Part shown: positions 26,001-41,500 of the stretch, in pieces
Numbering within the stretch: the stretch's first letter is position 1
How the letters are laid out: each line of letters opens with the position of its first letter
DNA from: Chrysomallon squamiferum
Lineage: Eukaryota > Animalia > Mollusca
Length of the DNA: 64,000 bases
Assembly (NCBI GenBank): GCA_012295275.1
Contig: CM022671.1
Coordinates: 6,200,001-6,264,000 of the forward strand
Direction of reading: 5' to 3'
Made by a program: the position numbers and the translations under genes
The notes under the pieces: generated by a model
Databases searched by the model: none
What the model saw: only the letters and a program-made list of their open reading frames with translations
Told to the model about the DNA's origin: nothing

Positions 26001-29000
26001 TTCTGACTTTTTCAAATTATTTATTTATGTATTTCACTTTTTATTTATTTATTTATTTATTTTTAATTATTTATTTATTTATTTATTTTGTAAGCATTCA
26101 TTGTTAGATTTCTTAAACCCTTTAGTTGTAGCAATGTTTGTAAATTAAAATCAGTTTAAGGTTAATTTCTTTCCATTCATTTCCATTTTTCTGGTATATG
26201 TTTCTGTTAGGATGGAATTAAATATTTTACATAAAATTTTCTGATATGTTTATGTTTTTGTTAGTATGGAATTATATATTTTACATAAAACTTGATATAT
26301 ATGTTTTTGTTAGTATGGGATTACATATTTTACATAAAACATTTTTTGCCAGTAAGAGTTATGAAAATATTTCTTCTTGAAATCATAACAGCATTTTTGC
26401 TACTTGCTAATAGATAAAAAGATGTCATCACTAGCAAAGATATGAACCTTACATTTTTTTTTGGTTTCTGTGTGTTTTCAAAGTATGTTAAGTGTATATT
26501 TTATATTTTGATTTTGAATATAATTTTTACTTTAATTTCGTCTCAGTTCAAAGTCCAAATGCACAGTGTATGCTTTTTCATGTGCCAGTATCTGAGTATA
26601 TATCTCCAGGAAATATGCTTGCAGATACTGATGGTCACAACATCTATAACTACAACAACAACATCTGTTACCAGTATTTCTACAGCAACTGCTTCTATGA
26701 TTTATAAATACAAAAGAGTACAACAACAAATTCAACTACTATTTTCATTATTAATAATTCTTAACAACAAAAGTATTTGTAATAATAGTTGTAGTAGTAG
26801 TAGTTTGATGGCAAAGGTAGTTGTTGTAGTAGTGTAGTGTTAGTAGTTGTCGTTGGTATATCAGCATTGTTGTTGATGTTGTACTAGCTATAGCACTTGC
26901 AGAAGTAGTATACAGACCATTTTAAAGTTGTTTAACTTACAAAGAAAACTGTTTTACTTGATGCTAAATACAAATTAAATTCTAATGGAGGAATCTCACT
27001 CTGATATATTTGTGTTGATAATGACTTGGGTTATTTGACTGTAACAGTGACAGATAGCTGAATAAATATTTTCCACTTGGTAAATGGTGTGCAGACAAGT
27101 CTTGTTTTTGCAGACTGAACTGCCCCAGGCACACACAATTAACACAACAGTTGACTGGAGTTCACTACCAGTAAATAATAGGTGGTAGTCTTCTGCTATT
27201 GAACACTACAGTTTTATACTTGTACCTGGTGAACCAGTGAAAAATCTCATTTACAGTAAAATTTAGTATTTCCTTATTAGACAGTGATGCAAGCCTACTT
27301 CCAATGTCAGTGTTTGATCTCTGTACATTATTTACTTACAAATTCAAAATAAAAAATAAATAAAAATTGTAGATTCTTTTGGAATAAAAAATGTACTTGC
27401 TCAAAATAAAGAAAATAATCAGTATGCATGTTTGGTCTTTTGTTGTTGTTGTTGTTGTTGTTTTCCTTTTACTAGAACAGCATACAGCATAATCTACAAA
27501 CTGGACAAATGACCACTTAGGAATATATCTGCAGAATGCCTATTCAGTGCCCCCTTGATCAGTGTTGTTTTTACATATTGGCCACAAAGATACAGTTCTG
27601 ACCAGTGTTAGTGTTGTGCACATGCTTACCACCCCTAGAGACCTGTACTTGACCTAGCTCAACTGACCAGTCTGAGTGACCCTTGGTTGACTTAGTGTTG
27701 TTGTTTACCAGACCAAGTGGTCATCTAATTGAAAGATTACTGCCCAGGCTACAATCACAACAACACTTTGTCGTCCATTGTCCACTGCGTTCTTCTTCTC
27801 CCTCTTTGTAACAGAAAAACATGTACATATTTCTCTCTTTGTGAATGCTGTTTTGTATTTACATCAGTTATAAGCTCAGATATGTATTAATATATATATA
27901 CATATATTTTCATAATTTTTAACAGATGTTTAATATATTTTCATTACTGTGAAAACTATATGTATGTATGCACGCATGTACACAAACACACACTAATATT
28001 TAAATGTATTTTCATTATTGTGAAAACATACATATTAACACACACACACACATCCCTATATACATACATACACAAACACATTTTCATTGTTTTTAACAAT
28101 GATATGTATTAAAACACACACACAAACACACATGCAAACACATATTTTTACACAGTTTGGCAAGTTTGTTGTTATATTGCATCATTTTTAACATTAATAT
28201 TTTCCTTATTGTGAGCACTGACATGCATAAACATATTTTGTAATTTTGAACACAAATTCAGATGTGTTTTAATCATTTTGTATGCACAGAATTATTTTTA
28301 TGAACTTTTTTTACTGAGAATGTATGTTTATGTATTTTCATCATTTTGTTAACCTAAAACTGTCCAAATATTTTCATTGTGAACATAAGGATTTATCTTT
28401 CTTCAATGAAAAGTGTTTGTAATTATACACACATTTACATATAAAACAAATACAGATTCTTGATACAGAAATTTCTGCATTTAAGTCACAATTTAAAATT
28501 CAATATCCTCACATACATTTATTTCTCTTTTGTACACATTTTTTGTCTTATTTTTTCTTCTTTTTATTATTATTTTTCTTTTTATTAATTTCTATTTTTA
28601 TATATTTCATTTTTCTTTATATTTATGTATTTATTTATTTTTATCTATTTATTTTCACATCAGTTTAACTGAAATGTGTTTAAAGAAAAATAAAGGCCCT
28701 CACAACAAATTTAAAAAATAACTAATTAATTAAGTATGTATTCTTTTCTTTAAAAAAAAAAAAAAAAATAATAAAATAGGAGAAATTTATTTCAAATAAT
28801 TCAGATTAATATTAAATTTTAATTCCTTCCTTTCTAAAAGCTTTGTTCTGTATTACAAAACAAGTCTGGAGATACTGAAAAATGTTGAGTACTAGAATTT
28901 GGAAAACATCACTCACAGTTACACTGAATACAGTCGACTTCCTCTTAACCTAGATATTTTAAAAAGTGCCTGGGGGATTACAAACGAGGTTATTATCCTG

Positions 29001-31380
29001 TGTTTTCACAATACGTGATGACAAACAGGTATTTAAGTTTACCTGCACCTACCTGTATATTACCTGTCTGTCACCTGTCTATACCATGCTAATCTAGTTT
29101 AAAACACCTTGCATGTTTGTACATGTCGCTGTCAACCTTTTGTACAAGAAGCTCACCATTAGAGCTTCAATATTTTTATATTTTATTTCATTTCATTTTA
29201 TTTTATTTTTTATTATTATTTTATTATTATTATTATTAATATTATTATTAATTTTTTTTTTTTTAATATCATTACAGAACTGTTAATTTGTTGAAAATAT
29301 GATTCGTGTAAATGGCAGAATAATTTTTTTATTAATATATATGTATTTATCATTATTTTATTGAACGTTGTTTTTTCCTGTGTATTTAAATTATTGCAGT
29401 TATTAATTAACATAAACAGTGAGTGATTAATGACTTCCCTTGCCATGTGTTGAATGTGTTGTTGTTGTTGTTGTGTTATACAACACCAGTTACTCAGTAC
29501 CTCATTAGTTCAGTTCTGTGTGGACACATCATCACAACTGTTTATTTTAACCACAGGACTTTCACAACAACAAACTTGCCAAACTGTGTCAAAGTATCTA
29601 CACTGTCTCAATAACATACCATATTTTTTGACCTATTGTTTAATTTAAAATGTAACTAATTAAACAGTGGTAACAAATTAAAATCAGTTTGCTTAGATAG
29701 GAAGTAAAAAACTGCAGTAATCAGTTGTGTTGAAGACATTGCCTGGGTTGAACATCAGTTACAGATTTTTGTGTTAGCCTCAGAGAACACACAATATTTT
29801 ATGTTCAACTTCAGATTAAAATATATGCAAGTTTGAACTGTAGATAAAATCAAGTGAATACAAGCAGAATTATGTAGTACAATATCAACATGGTTGAAAT
29901 AAGTGTGTTTATAACTTTGTATCTGAATGATAGCTAATGTTTGTTAACTAGTCTCATACTGTAACAAGTCCACTGATATAAATGTGTGTCTAGTTGTTTA
30001 TATCTGAACACTAGTTAATGTTTATTAGGTAGTCTCCTACTGGAACAAGTCCACTAATTACTGTGGAATGGAAGGTGTCAGTAATATGATGTATTATTAA
30101 ACTAGCAAGTCAAAGACATCATCTTCCTTATTGCACTCATCAATCTCTGACCCAATTAGAGTGATATATCAAAGACTATGGTATGTGCTCTCCTGTATAT
30201 GGGTAGGTTTTTTTATTTGTTAGATTCCTATTTTTTTTTTTGTTAGCAGACTTTTATAATGAATGTGGAAAAGTGTGAAGTGAAATGAAGTGAGTTACAT
30301 TATTGTATTTGTTTCTGAGAGTTAATAACACAGCTGAGATATTCTACACTAGAGATGTGTTTGTGTTGTGTTGCAACATCTGTACAGTTGGCTCATTAAA
30401 TTCATTTATAGCAGATGCGAACAATATAGATCAATGTTTATACCCTTGAAATAATTGTGTTTTTTGATTTTCAGACATTTTCATTGCGTTAATTGAATTA
30501 TTTATTGTTGTTGTTAGGTTGTTTTCTTAGTATTATTTTATTAATTTATAATTAATTTATTTATTTTCAGTCTTTGAAGCCAAAAAATGGACTGTTCTGT
30601 TTCCTAATTAAAGCAGTAAGGGAGACAACTGCATTGGAGATGCCTGACCATGAACATGCACTTGTCATGAAGGTAAACATTTTTTTTTCTTCATGTTTTC
30701 CATTCCTTTATTATTTTTTTTAAATAATTAAAAAAAAAAAAAAAAAAAAATTCAGTTTCACTTAGTAAATTTTTAGGTTTTTATTTCCTATTCATTTCAA
30801 ATCTTAAACAGAGACTTTTTAATTAAAAACAAATATGATTAATGATATTGCTTTAGGGATGTATTAATTAATTAAATCTAATTAACCTATATTCATGTTT
30901 TATCATGTTTCAGCATATAAATCAATAAATCTGAAGGGTTTTTCTCTTTATTACTTTTTTTTTACTATTAACAATTTTCATTTTGTTTACATGTTTAATT
31001 TCTAATTTAATTAACTCTGTTTTATTTTATTTTATTTTATTTTATTTTATTTTATTTTATAATTTATATTGTTTTGTTTAAATTTTTATTAACTGTATCA
31101 TTATCTACTAGATATTCAAACACAAAATTTCTCACGAAAATGTCACAATAAAGAAACAAAAGCTCCTGTTACATTTGATTTCTGAAATCGTGTCATGCCA
31201 TGTGACCTGTGTAAGAAAACTCAGACAGAATGTAGATCAGCTGACAGATAGAGATGATAAGCTGTTCTGAGTATTTATTATTTAAACATATACCACAACT
31301 GTCAACATCTTAAATTTAATTTAGTTTGTTTACAGTTATTTTTTTCAACAAAATTGTCAGGACTGCAGTTTTCTAAAACA

Positions 31381-31421
<41 letters not shown>

Positions 31422-31977
31422 AAATTGTTTGTTTTGACATCACTATATCTGAAAGCTATTATGGTTCATATTAAATATATTAGCATTAATTTAGAGCAGC
31501 TGGAATGTCTTATTGGAGTATTCATTAAAATAATTGACCAGTGTCTTGTACTGATTATCAAAGTTTATGGTATGTGTTATCCTGAATTGTGACATCATTC
31601 TTTCTCAAATCATCATTATCACACAAAACAAAATTTATAGATTAAAAAAATCTATACCTATTAAAATGTTTTGTCGTATTTTTATAATAAAGAAAAAGAA
31701 AGAAAGAAGTATAATCAAAATATGTATCAAACTTTCAAAATACATTTATTAAAATGTTTTGAGGTATTTTTTAAATATCCATTGTTTTCATTTTTAAGAT
31801 ATTTTGTTTTAAATAGTTAAGCTTTGAGTTAGATCTTTCTTTTTCTTACAAAACTGCTAAGTAAACTTGGTATAACTATGAAACATTCAATAATTTTTGA
31901 CTTTTCTATAAAAATAGTGATAAATGCCAAACACTACTACAACTTCCTTTTGCACGTGTGTATATATATATATATAT

Positions 31978-32017
<40 letters not shown>

Positions 32018-35000
32018 ATGTATTTGTGCGGGTCTTTATGTGTCTGTGTGTATCTTTGTTTTTATATGTACATACATGAGTGTGTATGTGTTCTTGTATA
32101 TGTATTTGTATTTACATATTTATTTGTCTGTTTTCTTGTATGTATCTATTTGTGTATATGTACATGAATGTAAATATGTGCATGTATGTAAACATGTATG
32201 CATTTGAATGCAGTGAGGGTAAATAATGACAAAAACAGCAAAGAAGTGGAGGCCATGTTCATTGTTTACTACTTGTACATCACATTTACAGAAATAATAA
32301 CACTAATACCATCACTAATTACTGCAGCAGAATGCAACTGGAGAGTCAAGATATCGGTCAGCGACCTTCACCTTGTTCTGTCTTCACTTCACAAAATTGG
32401 ATAAGACAAAGTTTCTCTCCAAATGAAATTTATGTACAGAAAAGTTAGACTTCATTATACCCAGAATATTCGTGTCAGGATTTTTAGTTCCTGGTATCAA
32501 GCCTCATCTAACTCATTTATCAAAAATCATACAACCTTGTTCTTTTTTTTTTTGAAGGGGGTGAGGGAGGGTTTAATTATAGTAAAATTTGTTTTGAACA
32601 CTTTTACTACTATCAGCTAAATACACTATAATATGTTACCTCTTTCAAGTCTTTGTTATTCAATAACAAGTACAATGTTTACAAATCAACATGATTTACA
32701 TATCTCTTCAGTGAAAATAAATTGGTATGTTCTTAAAGCATTCATTATTTATCACAAACAAAAACAAAACAAACAAACAAACTTCAGAACCAATTCTGAC
32801 AGAAGTGAAATAAGTTCAGAACAGCAAAATGATATTAACTGGGCAGCAGTGGTGAATTGAACTCCTTGACAGTGGTATATGAAACAACCATTCTCTCTTT
32901 CTTTGTTCAAACATAATATTAATACTTGGCAACATTACTTATGTAAAATTATAAAGTAAAGCAGTTGTTATAAAAACAGAACTGCTTGTAGAAAATCCAT
33001 ATGTCAGTTGCCAATTAGTCAGCATGTTTGTTTGATTCCCATGGTAACATGTGTGTTCTGTTGAAGAAAATATGTTATTGTGTTTATTAATTTCTCTGTT
33101 AGATAATTTCATATTGTTTAAAACTTTTCGGATTTATCACATTGTACCCATAACAAGCATACGTGAACAGCTCTGTGACACAAATTAATTGTACCTTTTT
33201 TGTGACTTGGAACAAAAAAATTGACCTTTGGCCCCTTAAAATATGTCAAATGTAACAACATAGAATTCTTTTTTCAGCAATACTATTATATATATATATA
33301 TATAACTCCAATACATTGACATCTGTATTTCTTAATTCTTTTTAAGTAATACTTACATTTACATTTAATTATAATACATAAACATCTGTATTTCTTAATT
33401 ATTTTAAAGTAATAATTACATTTTCATTTAATTGTAATACATCTTTATTTCTTAATTCATTTTAAATAATACTTACATATACATTTAATTATAATATATC
33501 AACATCTGTATTTCTTAATTATTTTAAAGTAATAATTACATTTACATTTAATTGTAATACATCTTTATTTCTTAATTCATTTTAAATGTTTACATATACA
33601 TTCAATTATAATACATCAACATCTGTATTTCTTAATTCTTTTTAAGTAATACTTACATTTACATTTAATTATAATACATCAACATCTGTATTTCTTAATT
33701 CTTTTTAAGTAATACTTACATATACATTCAATTATAGTACATAAACATCTGTATTTCTTAATTCTTTAAGTAATAATAACATTTACATTTAATTGTAATA
33801 CATCTTTATTTCTTAATTCTTTTTAAGTAATAATTACAGTTACATTTAATGATAATACATAAACATCTGTATATCTTAATTCTTTTTAAGTAATAATTAC
33901 ATTTATCATTTACATTTAATTGTAATACATCTGTATTTCTTAATTCTTTTTAAGTAATACTTACATTTACATTTAATTATAGTACATAAACATCTGTATT
34001 TCTTAATTCTTTTTAAGTAATACTTACATTTACATTTAATTATAATACATCAACATCAGTATTTCTTAATTCTTTTTAAGTCTTAATTCTTTTTAAGTAA
34101 TACTTACATTTACATTTAATTATAATACATCTGTATTTCTTAATTATTTTTAAGTAATACTTACATTTACATTTAATTATAATACATCAACATCTGTATT
34201 TCTTAATTCTTTTTAAGTAATACTTACATTTACATTTAATTATAATACATCAACATCTGTATTTCTTAATTCTTTTTAAGTATAATACTTACATTTACAT
34301 TTAATTGTAATACATCTTTATTTCTTAATTCTTTTTAATTTAATTATAGTAATACTTACATTTTACATTTAATTTAATTATAATACATCTTTTTTTTTTT
34401 AATTCTTTTTAAAGACATCTGTAATACTTACATTTACATTTAATTATAGTACATAAACATCTGTATTTCTTAATTCTTTTTAAGTAATACTTACATTTAC
34501 ATTTAATTATAATACATCAACATCTGTATTTCTTAATTCTTTTTAAGTATAATACATTAACATTAATTCTTTTTAAGTAATAATTACATTTACATTTAAT
34601 TGTAATACATAAACATCTATATTTCTTCATTCTGTTTTAAGTAATCCTACATATACATTTAATTATAATACGTTATTTTGTGTTAAAATTATAAAATTCT
34701 AATTAATACTCATATTAAAGATTTACCGAAATATCATTTGTGTTTGACAGGATTCGAAGAAACAGGAAATTAGAGGACATTAAGAACTTCAGATAGACTG
34801 ATTCTAAATTAATATTTGTTTTGGGGTTTTTTTGCATCTCAACATACTAATTTTTAATAAATACAAAAGTATTAGGTTGTCAGAGATTTTTAATGACTTT
34901 TTTTTGACATACAGATTGAAAATGAAATAATTTATCTACCAACATGACAAACAGTGGACTGAATTTTGTGTTGTTTGTTGATAAAGTTTGTTCAGGTAGT

Positions 35001-38000
35001 TACACTGTACATACAGATCATTATGAGACAACATGGTCCTCTAGACTCAATGTTTGAACATTTCTCGGGAAAAACAGTTAGTCGTTGGATCAGTCCTTCA
35101 AAGTTACCTTTCCTCTTTGCTCATTGCTTCTTAAAACACCAATTTAATAGTTCATTTCCCTAGTTCTGCAGTAACAGTGTTTGATTAGCAGTGATCCGTG
35201 ATGGGATCAGTTGTAACACTAGCGCTTACTGGTTCTCGAGTTCGGCAGTGTTTGATTACTTCTGGTCAGATGCAGGATCACTCGTTAGTGTCAGTCCTTG
35301 TCAGTGTACATGTTTTGTAGATGATTTGTCAGTCATTATTTGTCTTAGAATCAATTCTTTAGTGTAAGGTTACATACCTGTCTGGTAGAAACATCGTTTT
35401 TTTTTTTTTTTTTTTTTTTCTTTGTGGTGAATCACTGTGATGTTGTCTTTCTTTTCTGAACCATTTTGAACATCCAGAGAAAAACTTGCAGTTTTATCAT
35501 TATTATTGTTAGTTATTGTTATTATTATTATTATTACTATTATTATGATTATTATTATTATTGTTATTATTATTGTCATTATTATTATTATTATTATTAT
35601 CATTATTATTATTTTTATTATTATATCATTATCATCATGATTACTATTATTATTACTATTATTACTACTATTACTACTATTAGTATTATTACTATTATTA
35701 TTACTGTTATTATTATTATTGTTTTTTTATTATTATTATTTTATTATTATTATTATTATTATTATTTTTATTTTTATTTGTATTTGTACTGAGGGACTTT
35801 AAAAATGTGATAGAAGTAAAAAAAATTCCCAGAAACTGTCACATTTAAACATTTCAGTTTCATTATATTCACCTTCTAACACTTTTTATTCTACTTACGG
35901 GAAGGTGTATATAAAAAATCTTTCTTGCTTCCAGTTAATCAAGAGCATCACTTACAACACTGAGTTAATTTTTCATTACAGTGAGAGAAAAAAAACCCCT
36001 ATTAATTATTAACATGTTCACACATCATTAAACAAGTATTCATCTATTTACTGTGGTGAGTAATGTAAATATTTGACAGGGAGAGGGGAACATTGAGTAT
36101 GTGATTGAAGCATCTGACCATCATGAAATGATGTCATGGCTTGAAGTACTAGGAAGAGTTATCCATCAAGAACGACTCCCTGGAGATGAGGCAGCTGGGA
36201 CATCAGTCATGTAAGTGTGTCAGTAACAGTAAATAACTTAGTTAAAAATGTGACAGTAGCTGAATAACTTACAATTAAAAATGTGTCAGTAGCTGAATAA
36301 CTTACAATAAAAAATGTGTCAGTAACAGTAAATAACTTACAATTAAAAATGTGTCAGTAACAGTAAATAACTTACAATTAAAAATGTGTCAGTAAGAAAT
36401 AACTTACAATTAAAAATGTGTCAGTAACAGTAAATAACTTACTACTAAAAGTCTGTCAGTAACAGTAAATAAGTTATGAAAGTCTGTCAGTAACAAGAAG
36501 TAACTTATGAAAGTGTGTCAATAACAGTAAATAACTTTCAATTAAAAATGTGTCAGCAACAGTAAATAACTTACTACTAAAAGTCTGTCTATAACAGTAA
36601 ATAAGTTATGAAAGTCTGTCAGTAACAGTAAATAAGTTATGAAAATGTGCCAATAACAGTAAATAACTTGCCATTTAAGTAACTACTACAAGCGTCAGTA
36701 ACAGTAAATAACTTACAATTAAAAATGTGTCAGTAGCTGAATAACTTACATTTAAAAGTGTGTCAGTAATAGTAAATAACTTACAATTAAAAATGTGTCA
36801 GTAACAGTAAATAACTTACTACTAAAAGTCTGTCTATAACAGTAAATAAGTTATGAAAGTCTGTCAGTAACAATAAATAAGTTATGAAAGTCTGTCAATA
36901 ACAGTAAATAACTTGCCATTTAAGTAACTACTACAAGTGTCAGTAACAGTAAATAAGTTATGACTAAAAGTGTGTCAGTAACAGTAAATAACTTACAATT
37001 AAAAATGTGTCAGTAACAGTAAATAACTTACTACTAAAAGTCTGTCAATAACAGTAAATAAGTTATGAAAGTCTGTCAGTAACAGTAAATAACTTACTAC
37101 TAAAAGTGTGTCAGTCATGGTAAATAACTTATTACTAAAAATGTGTCAGTAACAGTAAATAACTTATTACTAAAAGTATGTCAGTAAAACAGTAAATAAC
37201 TTACAACCAAAAGTATGTCAGCAACAGTAAATAACTTATGACTAAAGGTGTGTCAGTAAAACGGTAAATAACTTAAAATTAAAAGTGTCAGTAAAACAGT
37301 AAATAACTTATGTCTAAAGGTAGGTCGGTAAAACAGTAAATAACTAACAACTAATAGTGTGACAGTAAAACAGTACATAACTTAAAACTAAAAGTGTCAG
37401 TAACAGTAAATAACTTACTAGTAAAAGTGTCAGTAACAGTAAATAACTTACTACTAAAAATGTGTCAGTAACAGTAAATAACTTACAACTAAAAGTGTGT
37501 CAGTAAAACAGTAAATAACTTACAACTAAAAGTGTGACAGTAAAACAGTACATAACTTAAAACTAAAAGTGTGACAGTAAAACAGTACATAACTTAAAAC
37601 TAAAAGTGTGTCAGTAACAGTAAATAACTTACAACTAAAAGTGTGTCAGTAAAAGTAAATAACTTACGACTAAAAACCAGCTTAGTCATAAGGTCATGGT
37701 AAGTGTCTTCCTGTTTATGGGTATGTCCATGTAAAATTTCATTTGCTGCTAACTGAAAAGGGGTAACCCATCACATGATGGCAGCTGATTTCCTGATTCG
37801 TTACGTTTTGTCTTTAACAGTGTATGTTAATGAACAGTAAATAAAATATTTCTTTCATTTTTATAAAAATAAATTATATACACAGAGTATCTAGTCACCA
37901 GTCTTGTTGATTCATAAACAATTTTATATTTTTCTGTTTACAAAATGTCAAAAATATGAATTTCTCTTTATGCAAAAATATAACGAACTTTGATGTCTTT

Positions 38001-38429
38001 GAAAAGTGAATTCTGTTATTTATATATTGTTAAGTTTTGTCATAAAAAGTTTTAGATAATCAGGTGCTGTTTAGTTCTGATTACAGAAAATTCATTAATG
38101 TACTTGAAAATGTTCTGTTTACTCATAAGTTCCTTTAATTTTATTCTTAAATATTTTATATTTAACTTTACTTTAAAACATTTTTCTATTATTATGAGTT
38201 TCCATATTTTTGAGAACAGAAAAAACAAAACTTAACAAACACATTTATTAATAAACAGAATGATAAACTTCTTTTTTAAACAAGTAAATTTGTCACATTA
38301 TTATCATCATTAATTTAATTTTTTTATATATAAACAAACAAGATAAAGTTTAACAGTGAAATATTAACTGTTGGTGTCTGTTATTAAAATGTTTTTTTTT
38401 TCTTTTCAAATATATTTTGTATATTATTA

Positions 38430-38482
<53 letters not shown>

Positions 38483-38506
38483 TATTTTTTATTTATTTAT
38501 TTATTT

Positions 38507-38537
<31 letters not shown>

Positions 38538-41500
38538 TTTTTTCTTTTTGTTCTTTTAGTTATTTATTTTATTAACATATATATTTTTTTTCCAGGCGAC
38601 CAAGACTTCCTACTGCACCTTCAGGATCAATAGAGAGAAAAGGTACAAATATAATAAATGTTTATCAACAACACAACAATAAATAAACATAGATCCAATA
38701 CAAATGTCTTTCATGAACCAGTTTCATTTTCAAAAATATAAATGTGTTGTGTGTCTGTGTGTCTGTACATGTGTGTGTGAAATTTAACTAGCTTTCTTTC
38801 ATCTACCCACAACAAAGCTGAGGCTTGTTTTTGAGAACAACTGGATCAGCTGTAGATTTATGTGTGTTAAATATTGATTTGTTGAGTTTCTACTGTAACT
38901 CCATGCTGTGTCACAGTGACATTTCTCTTTCACCATGGTCCTTTTTTCTTTTCTTCTTTTTTTTTTAAATTTTAAAAAAATACTAAATTACAAATATGCT
39001 GAGAGTTTAACTGCTTGGTCTTTTTGTATACATGTATAGTTGTTGGGGGTTTTTTGTACAAAAAAAGAAATGAAGAAGAGAAAGAATCGCCAAACAGAAA
39101 AATGTTTGTGTTAAATGAAAGGTTTTATTACTTTGTTTATCTTTTTTTCTTATTTCACATAAATAACTTCACCTACTCTGTGAAACATATATCTCATATT
39201 AATTGAATACTTGACAAAAACAACCCCCCAGAAAAGTTTAAATTCAATTTTATTTTTTGGAGACAAATCTGTTTATAATCCAGCAAAGGTTTCTGTTAAT
39301 AGTCAGTAAATGATCATTTCAGTCAGCATTGCTGTTAAAATTTATTTATCTATTTATTTATTTATCATGTTGTTGTCACTGATATTTATCAATTTTTTTT
39401 TTTTATTAACTTAATGATTATTTGCCATTTTATTGATGTCAGATAAGTGATATTATTATGCTAACTTTTGTTGTCAAACATTTATATTTTATTTATTTAT
39501 TTACTTAATTACTTAATTTATTAGTTACTTTTTTTTAATTATTTACTTTACTTTTCTTTACTTTACATATCTTACCTTATCTTATTTATTTTTTGTTTGT
39601 TGTTTTTTTTTTTTTATTTAATTAATTTTAGTTCATTTATTTCTGCTGGTATATCATTTATTCCTGTTGTTTGGTATGAACATTGCAAAATGACCTTTGT
39701 TCTGACAAAATTTAGCTTGAAAACATCAGAATTATGAAATAGTCAGTTGTTATCCATGGATCTAGAAAATATTTAACTGTATAAACTGAAATAACTGAGT
39801 AAATACATCTACTGTATCTTTAGTGTGTTTGTATCTTCTCTGTGTATGTGAGTTAGTGAAAGCAAGTAGCAACGATTTATGAAGTAAACAAGGTTAACAT
39901 TTCAGAAAACCAAATTTTAATACTGAAAGCTCCAAGATATTTGCTTCAGGCACAAATTAACTTTCTTCACATTTCAAGACTCTCAAACTTCTTGTCTCTC
40001 GGCTTAGAATTCCACTTTGATTTTTAACTTAAAACTTTTTTCTTTTATTTCTGACATTTTGACTCTTACAAGTGTACAATTAGGTGTACCCACTTAACCT
40101 TAATACTCATATCACCTAATAATACCGCAGACCAAATTTTACTCTTTAAATGTCTTTCTAATTATAAAATAATAATGGGTTTCTAAATTTTTATTGTTAA
40201 ATGATTGTCTAAATTCTTGTTATTAAATGTTGGTCTAAATTTTTGGTGGTCTGTGGTTTTTGTTTAGTTATGACAAGTCCAACTTCCAGTTTTTATTTTG
40301 AATAATTAAACATTGAACTGAATTGTTTTGTCCATTTGTCTTCTCCATAAGCATTTCACAAGTTTTTGTTTTAATTATTAACAGTAACAGATACTGTTAA
40401 TATATTACTGTTCCCTTTAGTGGTATATATTATAGGGTCATTCCGTGTCAAATCACCCAATGGTTTAAACCCGACCGTCTCAGATTTTTATGAAACTTGG
40501 CATACTTGTTGACTGGGATCCCACAGCACCAAATCTGAAATGTTAGCCCAATCAGACCAGTGGTGTGGGAGATACGGCCCACGGAATTTTGAGATTTTTG
40601 CCAAAAATGGGTGTGACCACCAACCTTAGAACCCTCATATCTCAGGAACTACTGGGCCAATCTTCATAAAATTGGTATTGTTAGAAAGGCAAAATGACAA
40701 GGATACCAAATCTGCCATTTTTGTTTAGTTTGGAAAATACTGGAGTACCTTGACCTTTTGACCTTTGCTATGACCTTGAAATTGACCATGTGGATCATGT
40801 TATCTTGAGATGACCTTTATTGAAATTTAATCTCCCACATGTTAACTAAAACATATAAAAGTTTCCTGGGTGTAATATTTTTTGTTTAGCCACAATATAG
40901 ATTCAAAAAATGCACATACATGAAAATAACACCTTTTCAGCCATTAACATCTGATTGACTAAAACCTGAATGATCAATTCTGGATTCTAGGAATCACCAT
41001 CTCTCTTGATCATCAAGTAAGACATTGTAGGCCTACATGTATGCATAAAGTTCACATATAAAAGTTTCCTGGGTATAATATTTTTTGTTTAGCCATAATA
41101 TTTTTTGTTTAGCCATAATAGAGATTTAAAAAAATGCATACCTGCATGGATGATTGATACAATGCATTACAATGTACATTTTCTCTGAGACTAAAAACTC
41201 ATCTTTGGAGTTAAAACCCACCTGACATGTCTGAAGGAATGCCTGAAGGATATGAAAAGATGCCAAATGGCATGACATATTCTACACAATCAGGCTCAAA
41301 GGATTAACAGGAAGTGATTCTTCAGGCAGGTCAGGAACTCCTTTAGATTCCCTGGTGCAATCCCCATTTAGCACATGGCAGTTAGAAGTTTAAGACAAAG
41401 AAGTTTCTTCATCTGCATTTCTTTGACAATCTGAAGCTTTTTAAGTTGGACACAATGTCAGATGTTGATATATAAACAATATTTTTATTTTATAAAACCT

